A DNA stretch of 63,999 nt, filler included, from Rhabdomonas costata (lineage: Eukaryota): assembly GCA_019059605.1 (NCBI GenBank). It is 21 parts of 21 records of this genome, joined end to end, with 100 filler letters (N's around TTAATTAATTAA, not from the genome) between each part and the next. Parts side by side here need not be neighbours in the genome. Positions count along the whole stretch, not along the records: positions 1 to 2,958 come from JAHMHO010001657.1; positions 3,059 to 6,014 come from JAHMHO010001658.1; positions 6,115 to 9,068 come from JAHMHO010001659.1; positions 9,169 to 12,122 come from JAHMHO010001660.1; 17 more parts are not named here. One strand, written 5' to 3'. The translations under genes and the position numbers were made by a program. The notes under the pieces are model-generated. The model saw only the letters and a program-made list of their open reading frames with translations, made no database searches and was not told the origin of the DNA. Below, piece by piece: positions 1-11,721 of the stretch (the stretch's first letter is position 1; each line of letters opens with the position of its first letter).

Positions 1-912
1 GTGTTGTGGGTATCATGATCAGCTGGGTTGTTCTCTTGCTTTATTTTTGATTCCCGCAGCGCATCTTGGAGCGCTTTTGACATCGTTCTGTCATCCTTTC
101 TCCCGTACCTTGTCTCCAAGTGGTCTTACACCCCACACCCGCACAAATGCGAGACTCCCCCCTCTTCACCTGTGTGAGGAGCACAGCCATCATCACTTTA
201 GTCGCTCCAAAACGCTTTGGTCTCCTGTGTGACAAAAACGGACGGTCGCACACACGCACACATGCACAGTACATGCCCCTCTCTGTGCTTTACCCCCGCT
301 GATATTTTCGTGGGGGTCCGCTCACCCGAAATGAGAGGCGACATGCTTCAACTGCCCAGGCTTTCTTGTTTCCACCTCTTGGCTTTGCCCCCCCCCCCAC
401 ACTCGTGCACTTAACATCACCTCAGTTACTGTTGCATGTGGTTCAGCTGCGAAGTTCACTTGATGTCCGTTTTGTCAGGATGGCTCCCAATTCGTCGTGA
501 ATGTCACCCATGGCCTGCCCACAAAAGTGAGAAGTTTGAAAAAAGCTGAATTTTCGCGGAGCTGAATGTGGTAGATCTGCGCGTCTCCTCATCGAAACGC
601 AAAGGATCCCAGACCCCCGTTCACCAGAGTATAGAAGGGTGACCCTGGGGTTGGGACAAAACCGATGCTCGGTTTTTTCTTCAGGTCGCGTTTTGTGGTT
701 CAATTTCTGTGGTGATTGTTCTTTCTTCTCTCCGTCTGCCACAGCGAGACTTTCACCACCCCAGGCTGCTTTGCACTGCTCCGCGCGTATCCGTTTTTGC
801 ATTCCCTTCCCCTCCCCTCTCTTCCAACCCAACCCATCCCTTGCTTCCCTTCCCTTCGCTTCCCGCGTGTCTCATTGGCCCAGAAACTATTTTGCGCGCC
901 ACAGAGGACCTG

Positions 913-1011
913 ATGCTTCTGCCGGCCCCTGTGGGGCTCCTTCTGCTGTTTCTCTGCTGTGGGCTTGGGCTGACTGCCGAGCAGCTTCCCTCCAGCGATC
1001 ACGCAGCCGAT

Positions 1012-1049
<38 letters not shown>

Positions 1050-1465
1050 GTGTCTCAAGCCATCCTGCTTTGTTTTACGGATGCCATCTTTTATGGATGA
1101 CTAGCATAGCATTTGTGAAGGCACTAGATTCTATGTCTACCTTTTGCATCCAGACACATTCAAGGGTAATTCAATATCATGTTACACAAACCCAAAGGTG
1201 CAGCCACTGCACACAAGATTTGTAAGCGTGGAATCAGCCCACTCCAACCGCTGAACTCCAAAACCCAGCATCCTTTTCAGAAGCGTTTTTTAGTTCTGAA
1301 CAGTGGGATGAACGGGGAATACTTTCAATGTCTTTGGTTTTTTGACAGCTCGTGGTACTCTTCACGGGGAAAGCTCTTCTGAGGCAGGGGCCAGCATCCC
1401 CCGTTCGATGAATGTCCCTTTGGAGCGCCCTTATGCTTGGACTCCGCGACACAAGACGACCTCAG
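913..1465 (+). CDS. 5' exons of a putative secreted/membrane protein, function unknown
   Basis: Exon 913-1012 encodes MLLPAPVGLLLLFLCCGLGLTAEQ (signal-peptide-like) and ends at a GTGTG donor. Phase-compatible exon 1349-1465 is bounded by AG/GT. No domain recognised. Confidence 0.4.
1013..1046. repeat. (GT)n microsatellite
   Basis: Perfect GT dinucleotide run starting at the intron donor. Confidence 0.95.
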
Positions 1466-2958
1466 GTGCCAGTCTCAGTCAGTTTCTTTCACTTCGGGCA
1501 TCCTGTCCTGTCCCGTCTCCCCTCCCCTCTCCTCACACAACCAGACAAGCAATGGTTCACGTGACATCCGCACAACTAGCAGGAGACAAGGAACCTGAGT
1601 GTCCTGGGAGATCCGCAGGACGTAGCGCTTGTATAGCTCACTGGCCGACAACAAGGCGACGCGGTTTTCAGAGCCTTGTCCACCCTTTGACAAGTTTGTA
1701 AACATCATCGCAACGGCTGGTCGCGAGAGCCGATCGGGATCGGCACGATGACGGCCTTCGTTTGTAAGCACCACCAGTATCCCAGTAGGTAAACTTTGCC
1801 AGTGCCTCCCTATTTGATCGTTTTTCCTTAGCAGCTGAAACCTACTGCATGGGCGCAAGCACAGAGCAAGCAGAAGGGAATAGAGAGAAAGCCATGATAT
1901 GTTGCGAGCAAAAGTGGTGGCGGAAGAGGGGTAAAATAAGGGGGAGGAGAGGAGAGACAAAGGGAAACACGCCACGGTCAGTGCGTTGATGGCTTGGTCA
2001 AGCTCTTTAGTAATCTCACTGAACGTGGAAGCTATGAGACAAACGTAATTGAAATAGAATGTGTGTCTGCGCGAGAATCCACTGCACCGACTTTGACCCT
2101 GACATCCGTTACATTGCTTTAGAAGTGACAAGAACGAATTAAGCGCGATGAAAGGGCAGGCCTACCATACACTGAAGGCGAAGCTCTCGAAAAAACTATC
2201 CCTAAGGGAGGTGCAGTGATTTAGCTGAGAGAAAGAGCATTGAAACCGTTGGACCGCCTGATGCAGTCGGTCAAAATCGTGGCCGCGCACAGGCCAACGG
2301 AGTTTGTCTGAAGGCTGGCAAACTGCTCCATGTTCTCCAGCATCTTGGCTTGGACTGGGAAGGAACTTTCCCTTACTTTCCACCGACTTTCCACCCAGTT
2401 GGTTCCCCAGATCAGCAAGTTGAAGCAAAAGAAGAGAAAATAGTAAGAAGGCACTGAATAAGAAAGGAGGGACTCACCGAACCTGCAAGAGTGAGTCATG
2501 CGTGGATGGAAGAAGGTAACTTGCTCTCAGATATGGAAACTTCTGTCCGGGAAGTTCTGAATAAAGTGTATGTGAATCCAGGGACTAAAAAGTGACGCCC
2601 TCTTGCAATTGCTGGCATACGCAGTGACGTGCTCGAGGAGGTGCAACAAAAGCATCTTCTCCGAAAATCTCCCTAGCGTTAAGGAGGCAGGGGCAACAAA
2701 CGCACACAGCACGAACAAAATGTGTTCGCAAGCCTGTGAGCCCCATAGTACACACTTGCCACAAAGTTCGATGACAGAGGAAACAGCCACTAAATTCTGC
2801 ACGACGGTAGTTACCCCCAGTTCGTCTGAGAAGACGAGGTCCCAGGGGAAGAAGAGGGGTCCAAGATACCCGGAAGTGGATCTTGCGTATTCACGGGGAA
2901 AGCATACAGTGCAACTTGCAACTTGCAAATGCGGAGAACAGCAAGGTGACCAAAAACA

Positions 2959-3058
2959 NNNNNNNNNNNNNNNNNNNNNNNNNNNNNNNNNNNNNNNNNN
3001 NNTTAATTAATTAANNNNNNNNNNNNNNNNNNNNNNNNNNNNNNNNNNNNNNNNNNNN
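2959..3058. other. Artificial contig-joining spacer (first of 20)
   Basis: N44-TTAATTAATTAA-N44, with stops in all six frames. Identical 100-nt copies start at 2959, 6015, 9069, 12123, 15177, 18231, 21283, 24335, 27385, 30437, 33488, 36541, 39613, 42665, 45709, 48758, 51812, 54859, 57906 and 60953. Confidence 0.99.
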
Positions 3059-3979
3059 CAGGAGTACAAGGTGCGGCCAGGGGAGGGAGCCGGTGATGGG
3101 ACAGGAACAGTGGTTGCCATTTAGATACCTGAAGACTTGACCAGGGACGCAAAGTGATGGAAAGACGACTTTCAGTTTCTCTAAAGGTGATTGGAGGACG
3201 GGGAGCTGTGATCCATATCAACGAAAAGCACGTGCTGGTGTCAAAGGTACCAGGGAAAACTTCTTCTACACGTACGTATTTTCGACTCGACTCCAGTTCG
3301 GCTTCAGACTGAAAGGAGATCCTGTTTTCGGTATTCTCAACGTAGTGGGTCCGAAAGCCCAAGAAGGTGCGGCTGCATCCAAAAGCAGTGCAGGAGGAGC
3401 GAAAATACCCAACGGGTGGCTGCAGCGGGAGGAAGAAAGGTAAAAGTGTATTTATGAACTTCAAACAAGTGCTGCAATAAGGGTTGAAAAACATGTTTTC
3501 TCCGAAAACTTCCGTTTTGCCCGAGGACAAAGAATGAGCAACAACTGGCACGAGCGTGCAACGCACAGCCGACGTGGGGACCCGAAACGCTTTGGGGACG
3601 GGCAAAACGTCAGACAAAAGCCGAATGAGGCCGCAAAAAAAATACACGTTAGCCATGGGGGAGAAGGGCAATTGTCCTAGCCAATTACCTTACAAAGCTT
3701 AGACCGAACCACTTGGCTGTTGTTCTGGAGACGGGCACGATACAGTCACAGTGCAATAATAGGTTCCTTTTTCTTTCAGGAGTGGTTTCTGCGTTTTTTT
3801 TGGTTTGCGGATTTGTTCCTTCTCACTTCCCTGCTTTGGATATGAATGCAGTCGACAAAAATGTTTGTGACGGAGGCAAACCTCTTTCCTCATACCCCCT
3901 ATTTAGTCCCGCCCTCGCTCGAGTGTTGGCTGACGGTCCAGATCTTGTCAGTCACACTCTCGCTCATCCCCTGTTACAG

Positions 3980-5813
3980 CAATGGGCACGTCGGGGGGCG
4001 GTACTTCCTAAGTCGTACCGGATGAATATGTCCAGGCGGTACCGTGGCAATGATGCCGTGCTGCGAGCACCGCGATCTCAACCCGCTTGGTTCAGCCAAG
4101 TTACACCTGTGACAAGAGGTAGCATCTCTCAGTCTGTGCAGAAGGCTCGTGTGGTCAGGACCATCGCGGAGGGATCACAGGTGTTTGCCTCCGTCAACGT
4201 TTTTTTCTTGGGGGGGGGGGTGTTCTCTCCTTCTTTCCAGCTTCCAGGTGAGTGAATAACCGTTCACGGAGAAAACCGCATCCTAACGGAGCAGGACCAT
4301 AAATCGTTGGCTAAACCGCCTGGTCCGAGGCGAGATTTTGCTTGAATTGCATTTGTTTTCTCCTAATTTTGCTCCTTTTTTTTGGCATCGTATTTCGCCC
4401 GCCACACCCTGCCATCGTGTGCCTCCCAGCTAACGCGACCCAGAGGCCCTTAGGGTCCGTGTGGTTCTGTTCTGTTCGGTTGTTCTGTTTTGTTCTGTTC
4501 TTTTGCTGAAGCTGGGGATTACATTTTTTTTTCTTGCCTTTTTGCATCGCGCTATTGGTTTCGCCAATTTGCAATTTTCCCCAGCTCTCGGGACTCTTCA
4601 AGCCACTTGTGGGTTCTATTCAGGCACTGCAGAGGGAATTTCAAAAACAGCATGGTTCTTGGATTACGGAGCAGCTGAATGCCAGAAATATGAACGTGAC
4701 CTACGAGGAGGCCAACATCAGCGTCCGCGTAGTGGACCGGTTTGTTTTTTCGGAAGGAAGTGCTGGTTTTGCTGTTGCAGCCCCGAGAAGCCAGGTAGCG
4801 GAGGGCTAGGATATTTAGGGTTATCTTGGGGTTTGGATTTCTACGTTAAGGAGCTTGGAGACATCTTGGCTTTCTCTTCTATTCTCTTATAAGATGGTGT
4901 ATTGTATTGGTCGCAGGTATTATGCGGTTTATTGTATGGTAACATTTTGAGATAATTTATTTTGGCTTTTTTTTTGAAATTTATTTTTTTATGACGTGGT
5001 CTTATCGTATTGTTGGTACGGTGTATGGGAGTATAGTTAGGTATAGGTAGACGGCTTGTAGAATTTTGTGTTTCTTTTTGGTCTTTTTTTTGGATTTTTT
5101 TTTTTGGATTTTTCGGGTGATTTTTTTTGGGGTGCTTTGGGATGTGGCATTTATTGGGATAAGAGGCTCGTACGAGTGTATAAGTGTGTGTGTGATAGTA
5201 TTGATGCGTACGTGACCATGTTTTCATTTTTTTTTTCGATTTTTGGCATTTTCTCAGACCTACAATGGTCCCTTGCCTGCATTCCCATTTCTTCGGGCTC
5301 GGCCTTACTGTTCCCCTTGAGATGGGCCCTCATGCGTTTTTGGCCAGCGCACTTTCCTTTGCGTTCGAAGCGGACGTGGTCGGTTGGTCACATCCCTCCT
5401 GTAGCCCGTGCCCCTTGGGTTTGCTTGACGCAGCCCGTCATACACAGCTCCAACGTGGGGAGAGAAAGATGAGCCAGACAAAGGCTCTCATAGCCGCTCT
5501 TGACGGTTTACTTCTCTTGTTTCACTGCAGGTTCATGGAGCGCTGCCTGGAGTTTTCGGACAAGGGTGTTTTTCCTCGCTTAGTTTTCCACGGCACCAAG
5601 CAGGCCAATTTGTCCTCGATTGAGCGGCATGGGCTGCTGACCCCGGCCCACCTGCACCCCGAGGGATGGTACACCCCAGCGATTTGGACTGCCACAGAGC
5701 CACAGATCTCGGTTGGGTACTCCGACCATTGCGCAATCTTCGGTTGCGCCGTCCTGGACGACACCAGCACAGGAAGGAGCACTCAGGCGAACGAAGCCGG
5801 CACCACCGTGAAG
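3980..5813 (+). CDS. PARP/ADP-ribosyltransferase-like catalytic domain protein (partial)
   Basis: Phase-compatible GT-AG exons 3980-4180, 4624-4739 and 5531-5813. The last encodes RLVFHGTKQANLSSIERHGLL...WYTPAIWTATEPQISVGYS...IFGCAVL, matching the HGT / YGxGIYFA / SxxY pattern. Confidence 0.65.
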
Positions 5814-6285
5814 GTGACCGTTTTTGAGCTTTCTTGTCCTGTAGGACGGTGCCCAATTTTTTGATTCACCTTTCTTCTTGCATTAACTCCGTTCAGCTCC
5901 ACGTTCATCTCTCGCTCTCTTTCTTTTCCATTCCGAACACCCTTTCACCCCTCGCATTCCGCTGTGCCGGTTGTTTTCCAAAAAATTGGGCACCGTCCTA
6001 CAGGACACAAAAACNNNNNNNNNNNNNNNNNNNNNNNNNNNNNNNNNNNNNNNNNNNNTTAATTAATTAANNNNNNNNNNNNNNNNNNNNNNNNNNNNNN
6101 NNNNNNNNNNNNNNATAGTGCTGTATAGGAGAACCAGGGAGGGGGCGGAGGTGAAGGAACTTTCAGCTACAATCGCAGGGGACCAGGGTCAAGCCTACGT
6201 ACTTCCTGCCCAGCCAATTGCTCGAAGGGAGGAAGCGAAGGTGGGGCGGTAGAGGATGTGTGTATGTGTTTGTGTGTGTGTCCAC

Positions 6286-6450
6286 AAACGTGCCAGTCCG
6301 GGTTCCTAAGGCCCCGCGTACACTGTGGTCACATGGGGAAAACCAACCCTACAAGAGATGGGGCAATGCCCTCATGTGAAAGTTGGGAGCCAGCTGGGGG
6401 AAAGTGGACCTTGCCTCCAAAAAATGTGTGTGCACGAAGAGTAATGGGGT
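6286..6450 (+). repeat. Interspersed intronic repeat, copy 1 (homologous to 51267-51475)
   Basis: Shared core AAACGYGCCARTCSGGGTTCCYAAGGCCCCGCGTACACTGTG...GGTCACATGGGG..A.CCAACCCTAC plus weaker downstream similarity. Confidence 0.85.
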
Positions 6451-6460
6451 TCTTTCGCAG

Positions 6461-7678
6461 GTTCAAAATTGTTCCAAGGAGCCCTTCTCTGTGCACAACT
6501 TTCTTCTTCTGCTGGAGCTGGACGCTCAGTTCAGGGCAGGCTGGCTGAGGGCTGTGCAGACCAATGCCACTCAGCTTTTCCTTTCTGAGGTACCTTCGCT
6601 CCCCTCCTTCAATCCAATCCCGTTCCTGTCGCCCACAGCTTTTCGACTCCATATCGGTGGTAGAGATCGCGGGGTCTTCTTTCTGCATACGAACAAACAT
6701 GCCCGGCACCCAGACGTGCCAGAAAGGAAGAGATGACTGCGCCAGGCGCTCGAATGGCTCGGTCTCCTCGTTACATTGAATATACTGGAAGCGAGTTGGT
6801 GTTGCGTATTTCCCTCACAACGAGGTGTTTCTTCAGTTATCAAGGGGACGGGCGACCAAATTGTGCGTACTTTATGAAAGGGATCATTGGCTGGGCTCGA
6901 TCGTTATCGGTGTTGTTTGTTGGGCGACCTGCATTTTTTGCTGGTTTGTTCAAAAACGTAGTGAATGTGAGATTTCAAACACCCCCTTCTCCCACTGCAA
7001 AGTTGCGCCATGCAATTCGTCGAAGTCTCCCCGATTCTAGTGCTCTATTTTTGCTTGCTCTTGCGCAGTACTTTCCCGAGGCGGATCCTGGGCTGGTTGG
7101 CAAACTTCTGGGTACTCTTTTTCACCGACCTGACCCCGAGCCCGATGAGCCATAGTACAGCCTTGGATTTTGTTTGTTGAATGCCGTTTTTGTGTTCCTG
7201 TACTCATTCCTGCCATGGATATGCCCGTATCTGGATCAGACTTCATAGCTGCCGGTCGTTGTATGCCATTTTCTCCACTTTCTGCTGTTGTTGTACGAGC
7301 TGCTGCGTTACCGTTTACAACCTTTTACAGTGGATGGGGTGCGCTTTGTCGGAATTGGAGAGGTTGATGGCGTGAGGATATGAGGCTGCTACCCGTGATG
7401 TGAGCGGAACCACTCCCATTTGCTTTTTGTTTTCCCTTGAAGTCGCCTATCCCGGAGAAGTAAAGGGGCGTTTAGCTTTGCGGACCACTTCATTCCCCTT
7501 CTCCTTTTCTCGCGATGCCGAGCTGTTAGGGTGTTTGCTTGTTTTGGGTTGCTCCCCGAGCTCGCGCTGACTTCAAATGAATTTTTAATCACGGGGTCTC
7601 TTACGCAGCAAATTGCAAAACACAAAGAAACACTTACCCGTGGACAGAGAACAAAACTCGCCGCCCTGTTTAGCTCAG
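6461..7678 (+). CDS. Internal exons of an unidentified gene
   Basis: AG/GT-bounded coding-like exons 6461-6589 (VQNCSKEPFSVHNFLLLLELDAQFRAGWLRAVQ), about 7069-7111 (YFPEADPGLVGKLL) and about 7609-7678. Joins are not fully resolved and no domain was recognised. Confidence 0.3.
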
Positions 7679-9354
7679 GTCTCCGGCGTTTAGCTCTGTT
7701 TGTTTTGAGCGTTCTGGCTTCCATGGCACAGGTCGTTTCCTCCCACATCTTTTGTGTTGCCTTGTTGTTGTTGTGCTCGGAGATGTCCGTGAATCCGTTG
7801 CCCGCCCGCCTTGCTGGTAGCTATTTTCGACTCCTCTGTCTGACAGATCCGCGCGAGAAGGTTCCACGGGCCTCTCCTGAGCTAGGTACTTGCCGGCCCC
7901 ATTTGTCATATCCGCCTCGTGTTTCGCTCAGCCAGCCTCGTATCCTGAAGAATCCAGCACGACCACATCGCAAATTGTTAAAAAAAGTTAACGCGTTTCC
8001 GTTTTTGGTGCGAAGATAGAAAACTCCTGCGAACTGCAATTGCAGTGAAAGCACCGTTGGTGCTCAGAAACTTTCCTTTAATGGGGTATTGCCTTCCACT
8101 TCATTACGTTGCACTCCAATGCTGAATCTTTCCAATTCAATTTCCGGGATCCTTGCATCTGTCTTTTCGATGCTCCTTTTGACACACCCTATTCTGTTGC
8201 ATTGCGAGTTTCGACTCGCAGTGCTCACCTTACGATTGCGTGGATTCCTAGCTCTCACACACACATACACACACACACCTGTTGGAGTCTTTTCTGCGTG
8301 GTTTTACAATGGTTGTACATCTTTCCTTTTCTTGGCTTCCTCACCGTAGACTTGTACAAGAGTGCTACAGACACCAAAATGAAATGCTTCTGCATTTCTC
8401 AGATTTGTCGGACTTGCCTCCAACCTCCCCCTCGGCTTCTCCGCCCGACCCGGCGGACTCTTTCCCGGAAGCGTTTATGTTCCGTATGTTCTGCCCCTCT
8501 CCTGCCTCTGCATCCATGCCTCTCCCATGTTTTCGAAGCCTTTTACACACTTTGCGCACATCAAGGTGCTTATTTTTTTTTAGCATTGAAATGCTTCCGT
8601 CCAATTGTCTGCCCCTTTCCCTTAAGTTCTGGTTGTCTATTTTCCGGTCGTCTTCTGAGAAGCTGTCAAACTCCTGAATACCCGCTTCCTCTCACTCCCC
8701 ACAGAAGGGCAAGTTCGGGTCTGCGCCCGGTGCTACCAGGAGGACCCAGGCCGTGTCCTGAGTGCTGCCCAGCCCCTGTGCACGCGGTGCGCCCTGGACC
8801 TCCGAAGTTCCCTCGTTGGTAGGAACACCTCTCCCCTCTCCCTTTTTCAGAGGTAGCTCAGCTCGGGTCACTCAGCTTGTAATGGTGACCTTCTTGACCG
8901 TCCGGGGTTCCCTGCTGTGGTGCATGTCAGGTGGGGGCTTTTGTGTCATTCCCAGATCCCTCCATAAGTAGGCACTTTTTCCCCTTCTGACAGGTCCTCA
9001 CCCTCATTCACCTGTGCCCTGCGATGATCTGTGTATGGCACAAAAACCCCCACCTGACATGCACCACANNNNNNNNNNNNNNNNNNNNNNNNNNNNNNNN
9101 NNNNNNNNNNNNTTAATTAATTAANNNNNNNNNNNNNNNNNNNNNNNNNNNNNNNNNNNNNNNNNNNNCAGGGTACAGGTGTTTCCAAGAAGGAAGGTGA
9201 CGGAGGGGAAGAGAATAGTTCCGATTGTCTTGGTAATTGTATGCCGCGGAATCTCTTTCCATGCTGCATACCTGGAAAACTCCGACGTCCGCGCACACCT
9301 CGATCATTATGTTTGATAGGGGAATAGGAATGCTTTCCAAATTTTCTTGTACAG

Positions 9355-9850
9355 GTTTTCGTGGAGACGCTGGACAAGTGCTTTGAGAATGTTTGCGAGC
9401 TTGACCTCATCTTCCACTCTGACAAGGTGTCGGTTGCACGGCAATAGTGTGCTTGAAAAATGTTGTCAAGATTGCGACGGCTGTCTGTCTAAAGCTATTT
9501 GACGTGCATTGCATTTCCTTTGTTCTGTCTGCTATCCGTCTCCTTTTTCCTGCTGTATGACATTCATCGGTAAAGAGCCATTGAAGGTATGCATGAGTGG
9601 AGGCATGTGAATTAATATTGACATCTAGTTGAGCACAGCAATTGAAGGTGCAATATACTGTCAACACAATTCCTGAATCTGCAACTCACCGTTCACCTGG
9701 CACAAGGTACACTACATCCTGGATGAGATTATCATGGGTGGGATGGTTCTGGAGACGAACAAGGAAGAGATCCTGCGGGCTATCGATGGCATGAACAAAG
9801 TGACTCAGACTCAGCGTGGGCTGGCGACTCCCACCCCTGTGGTGCACTGA
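9355..9850 (+). CDS. AP3S: Adaptor protein complex small (sigma) subunit, AP-3 type, last two exons
   Basis: Exon 9355-9426 encodes VFVETLDKCFENVCELDLIFHSDK. Exon 9707-9850 encodes VHYILDEIIMGGMVLETN...stop. Phase-0 GT...AAG intron. The motif is characteristic of sigma-3. Confidence 0.92.
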
Positions 9851-10447
9851 TTCGGGGCCGCTTTCTCTCACGGTGACACATCCCTCACGCCCACTACGTT
9901 GCGTGACGGGTCTGTTCTTCATCACAAAAACATGAAGAGAAGCGCTGACGCCCGTGAGGGCCTCGTCTTGTGCGGCGACTGACACGAATTACATACTTAG
10001 CAGACTTGCTGGGGATCCCTATGTAGATGGCATTGCACCCCAAAGCACTTATGGGTATGGGGCAGATGACATGACTTCAAGTTCAAAGTGGATGTGTGCG
10101 ATTGGCCGGCAGACGGAGAGTTGAAATCCCTCCCAGGCCTCGCTCTTTTTCTGGTGTTGTGTCCGTAGTTTCCTGTCCAATGCTGAGAATCTGGTCAGCA
10201 GCCCCCATGTAGAGGAAATTCTGTAATTCCCGCTTGGGTCACTCCGATGTTTTCTGGCACTGCGAAGCACTCCAAAGCACCAACATATGAGGAAATGGTA
10301 AAAGAAAATATCCTATAAAGCAAATTCCTGCTGGAAAGGCTGGAAAGGCAAAACACTGCCTGTCACTCTCAAGTTCGTGAACACCCCCAGCATTCTCTTG
10401 GCCCCCTTCAACAGTGGATTGTTTTGGCTTTTGGTCTCTTCTTTTTC

Positions 10448-11721
10448 ATGGCCGCGCACGGAAGCAGCCCTCAGGAGGAAGCGAACGACGCCCTTGAGGA
10501 GGCTTTAGGTGAGTTGGACGGTCCTGAACCGGAGCCCGGGCCCGATAATGAGCTGGAACAGGATGAGGATGACCTCAGCGAGGATGGAGAGGAGGATGCC
10601 CCTGCTGGTGAGGAGTTCGAGGCGGGTTCGGCCCCATCGCACTCATTCCCGGGAACCGCCACCGCCACCGGAACTTCAGAGGTTCCCGTCAGCAGCACAC
10701 CCCTACACGCTTCTGGTGGAGCTGCTGCTCAGGCGTTCCCTGCCGAGACTGCTGGAAGCACGGGCGAGATGCTGGACCAATACAGCTTGCGCAACGAGCT
10801 CCGGGGCAAAGGTTTGGGGGGAAGACGGAGTGCGTTTCCGTGTTCTTTGAGATCAAGATTTGATGGGATAATGGGAAATTCTCTGGTGTGGAGGATTTAT
10901 GTTAACGGTTGCAACGTGTATATATGCGGAGTATGTGGTAGTTTTCTATTATTTTCTAGATGCCCAGACTTTGGCTGTATCAGACATATGACTTGCTCAT
11001 CTGTCAAGCCGTGCATCATACGTTAGCATCCATACTGAATTCATAGAATCGACAGGGATGCACCACCGTTTTGTGCATATTTTGGTAATTCCTGAGGAAT
11101 ACGAGTAAGGTTTTATACATCACCTTTGGACGACTCGCTGTCAGATGACAACAGGCCCACACCCTGTGGAATGAAAATGCGATGGGTGCGGCTCATTTAC
11201 CTGCACAACGTGGGCCTGTGAATCGTGCTTCGGCTGATCTGAGGGGGTCAGAGGTCCTTTTTTCGCCAATGGCAGCGGATGACGACGACAAGCAATGTCG
11301 CAATGTGTGGGTCTTTGACCCTATCCATGTTTATAATGTTTAATCTGCGTCTCTGCTTCGACGTCTTCGGCCACTGTGCAGAGGGGCAAACATGTATACA
11401 TGTGTACACTGTCACCAGTCCCAGTCACCCAAACCAAAGGGTGGGGGTGGGTGTCAGGGATCGTGTGGAACATCTGCGACCACTGTGGGCAGAGCACCTC
11501 GGTGGAATCGGGGCACACGCCGGCCAGTGAGGAGGAGCCATGGCTGTGCACCATGAACACGTGGAACCCTGCGATGGCAGCGTGCTGCAGCGAGTCGGAG
11601 TTCAACCAGAGATACCAGGCCTTTATGGAGGCCCGCGGGGTGAAGGAGCTGCGGGTTCCCACCATCGAGGGCGTCCCGGTGAGCTTCTGGTGGCTGTACA
11701 ACTTTGTCACCCAGATGGGAG
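10448..11721 (+). CDS. ARID/BRIGHT DNA-binding domain protein with acidic N-terminus (5' part)
   Basis: Exon 10448-10811 is acidic and low-complexity. Phase-1 exon 11581-11721 encodes EFNQRYQAFMEARGVKELRVPTIEGVPVSFWWLYNFVTQMGG, the ARID core (P.I.G..VDL..LY..V...GG). Confidence 0.8.

Noticed and set aside
3003-3014. TTAATTAATTAA repeated at about 3.05-kb period (CRISPR- or array-like regularity)
   Set aside because: It is always embedded in N44 pads and is an artificial concatenation spacer. Gene neighbourhoods across spacers have no meaning.
8916-9068. Inverted repeat running exactly to the contig end
   Set aside because: The outer part is perfect up to the last base; probably an artefact primed from an imperfect genomic hairpin.
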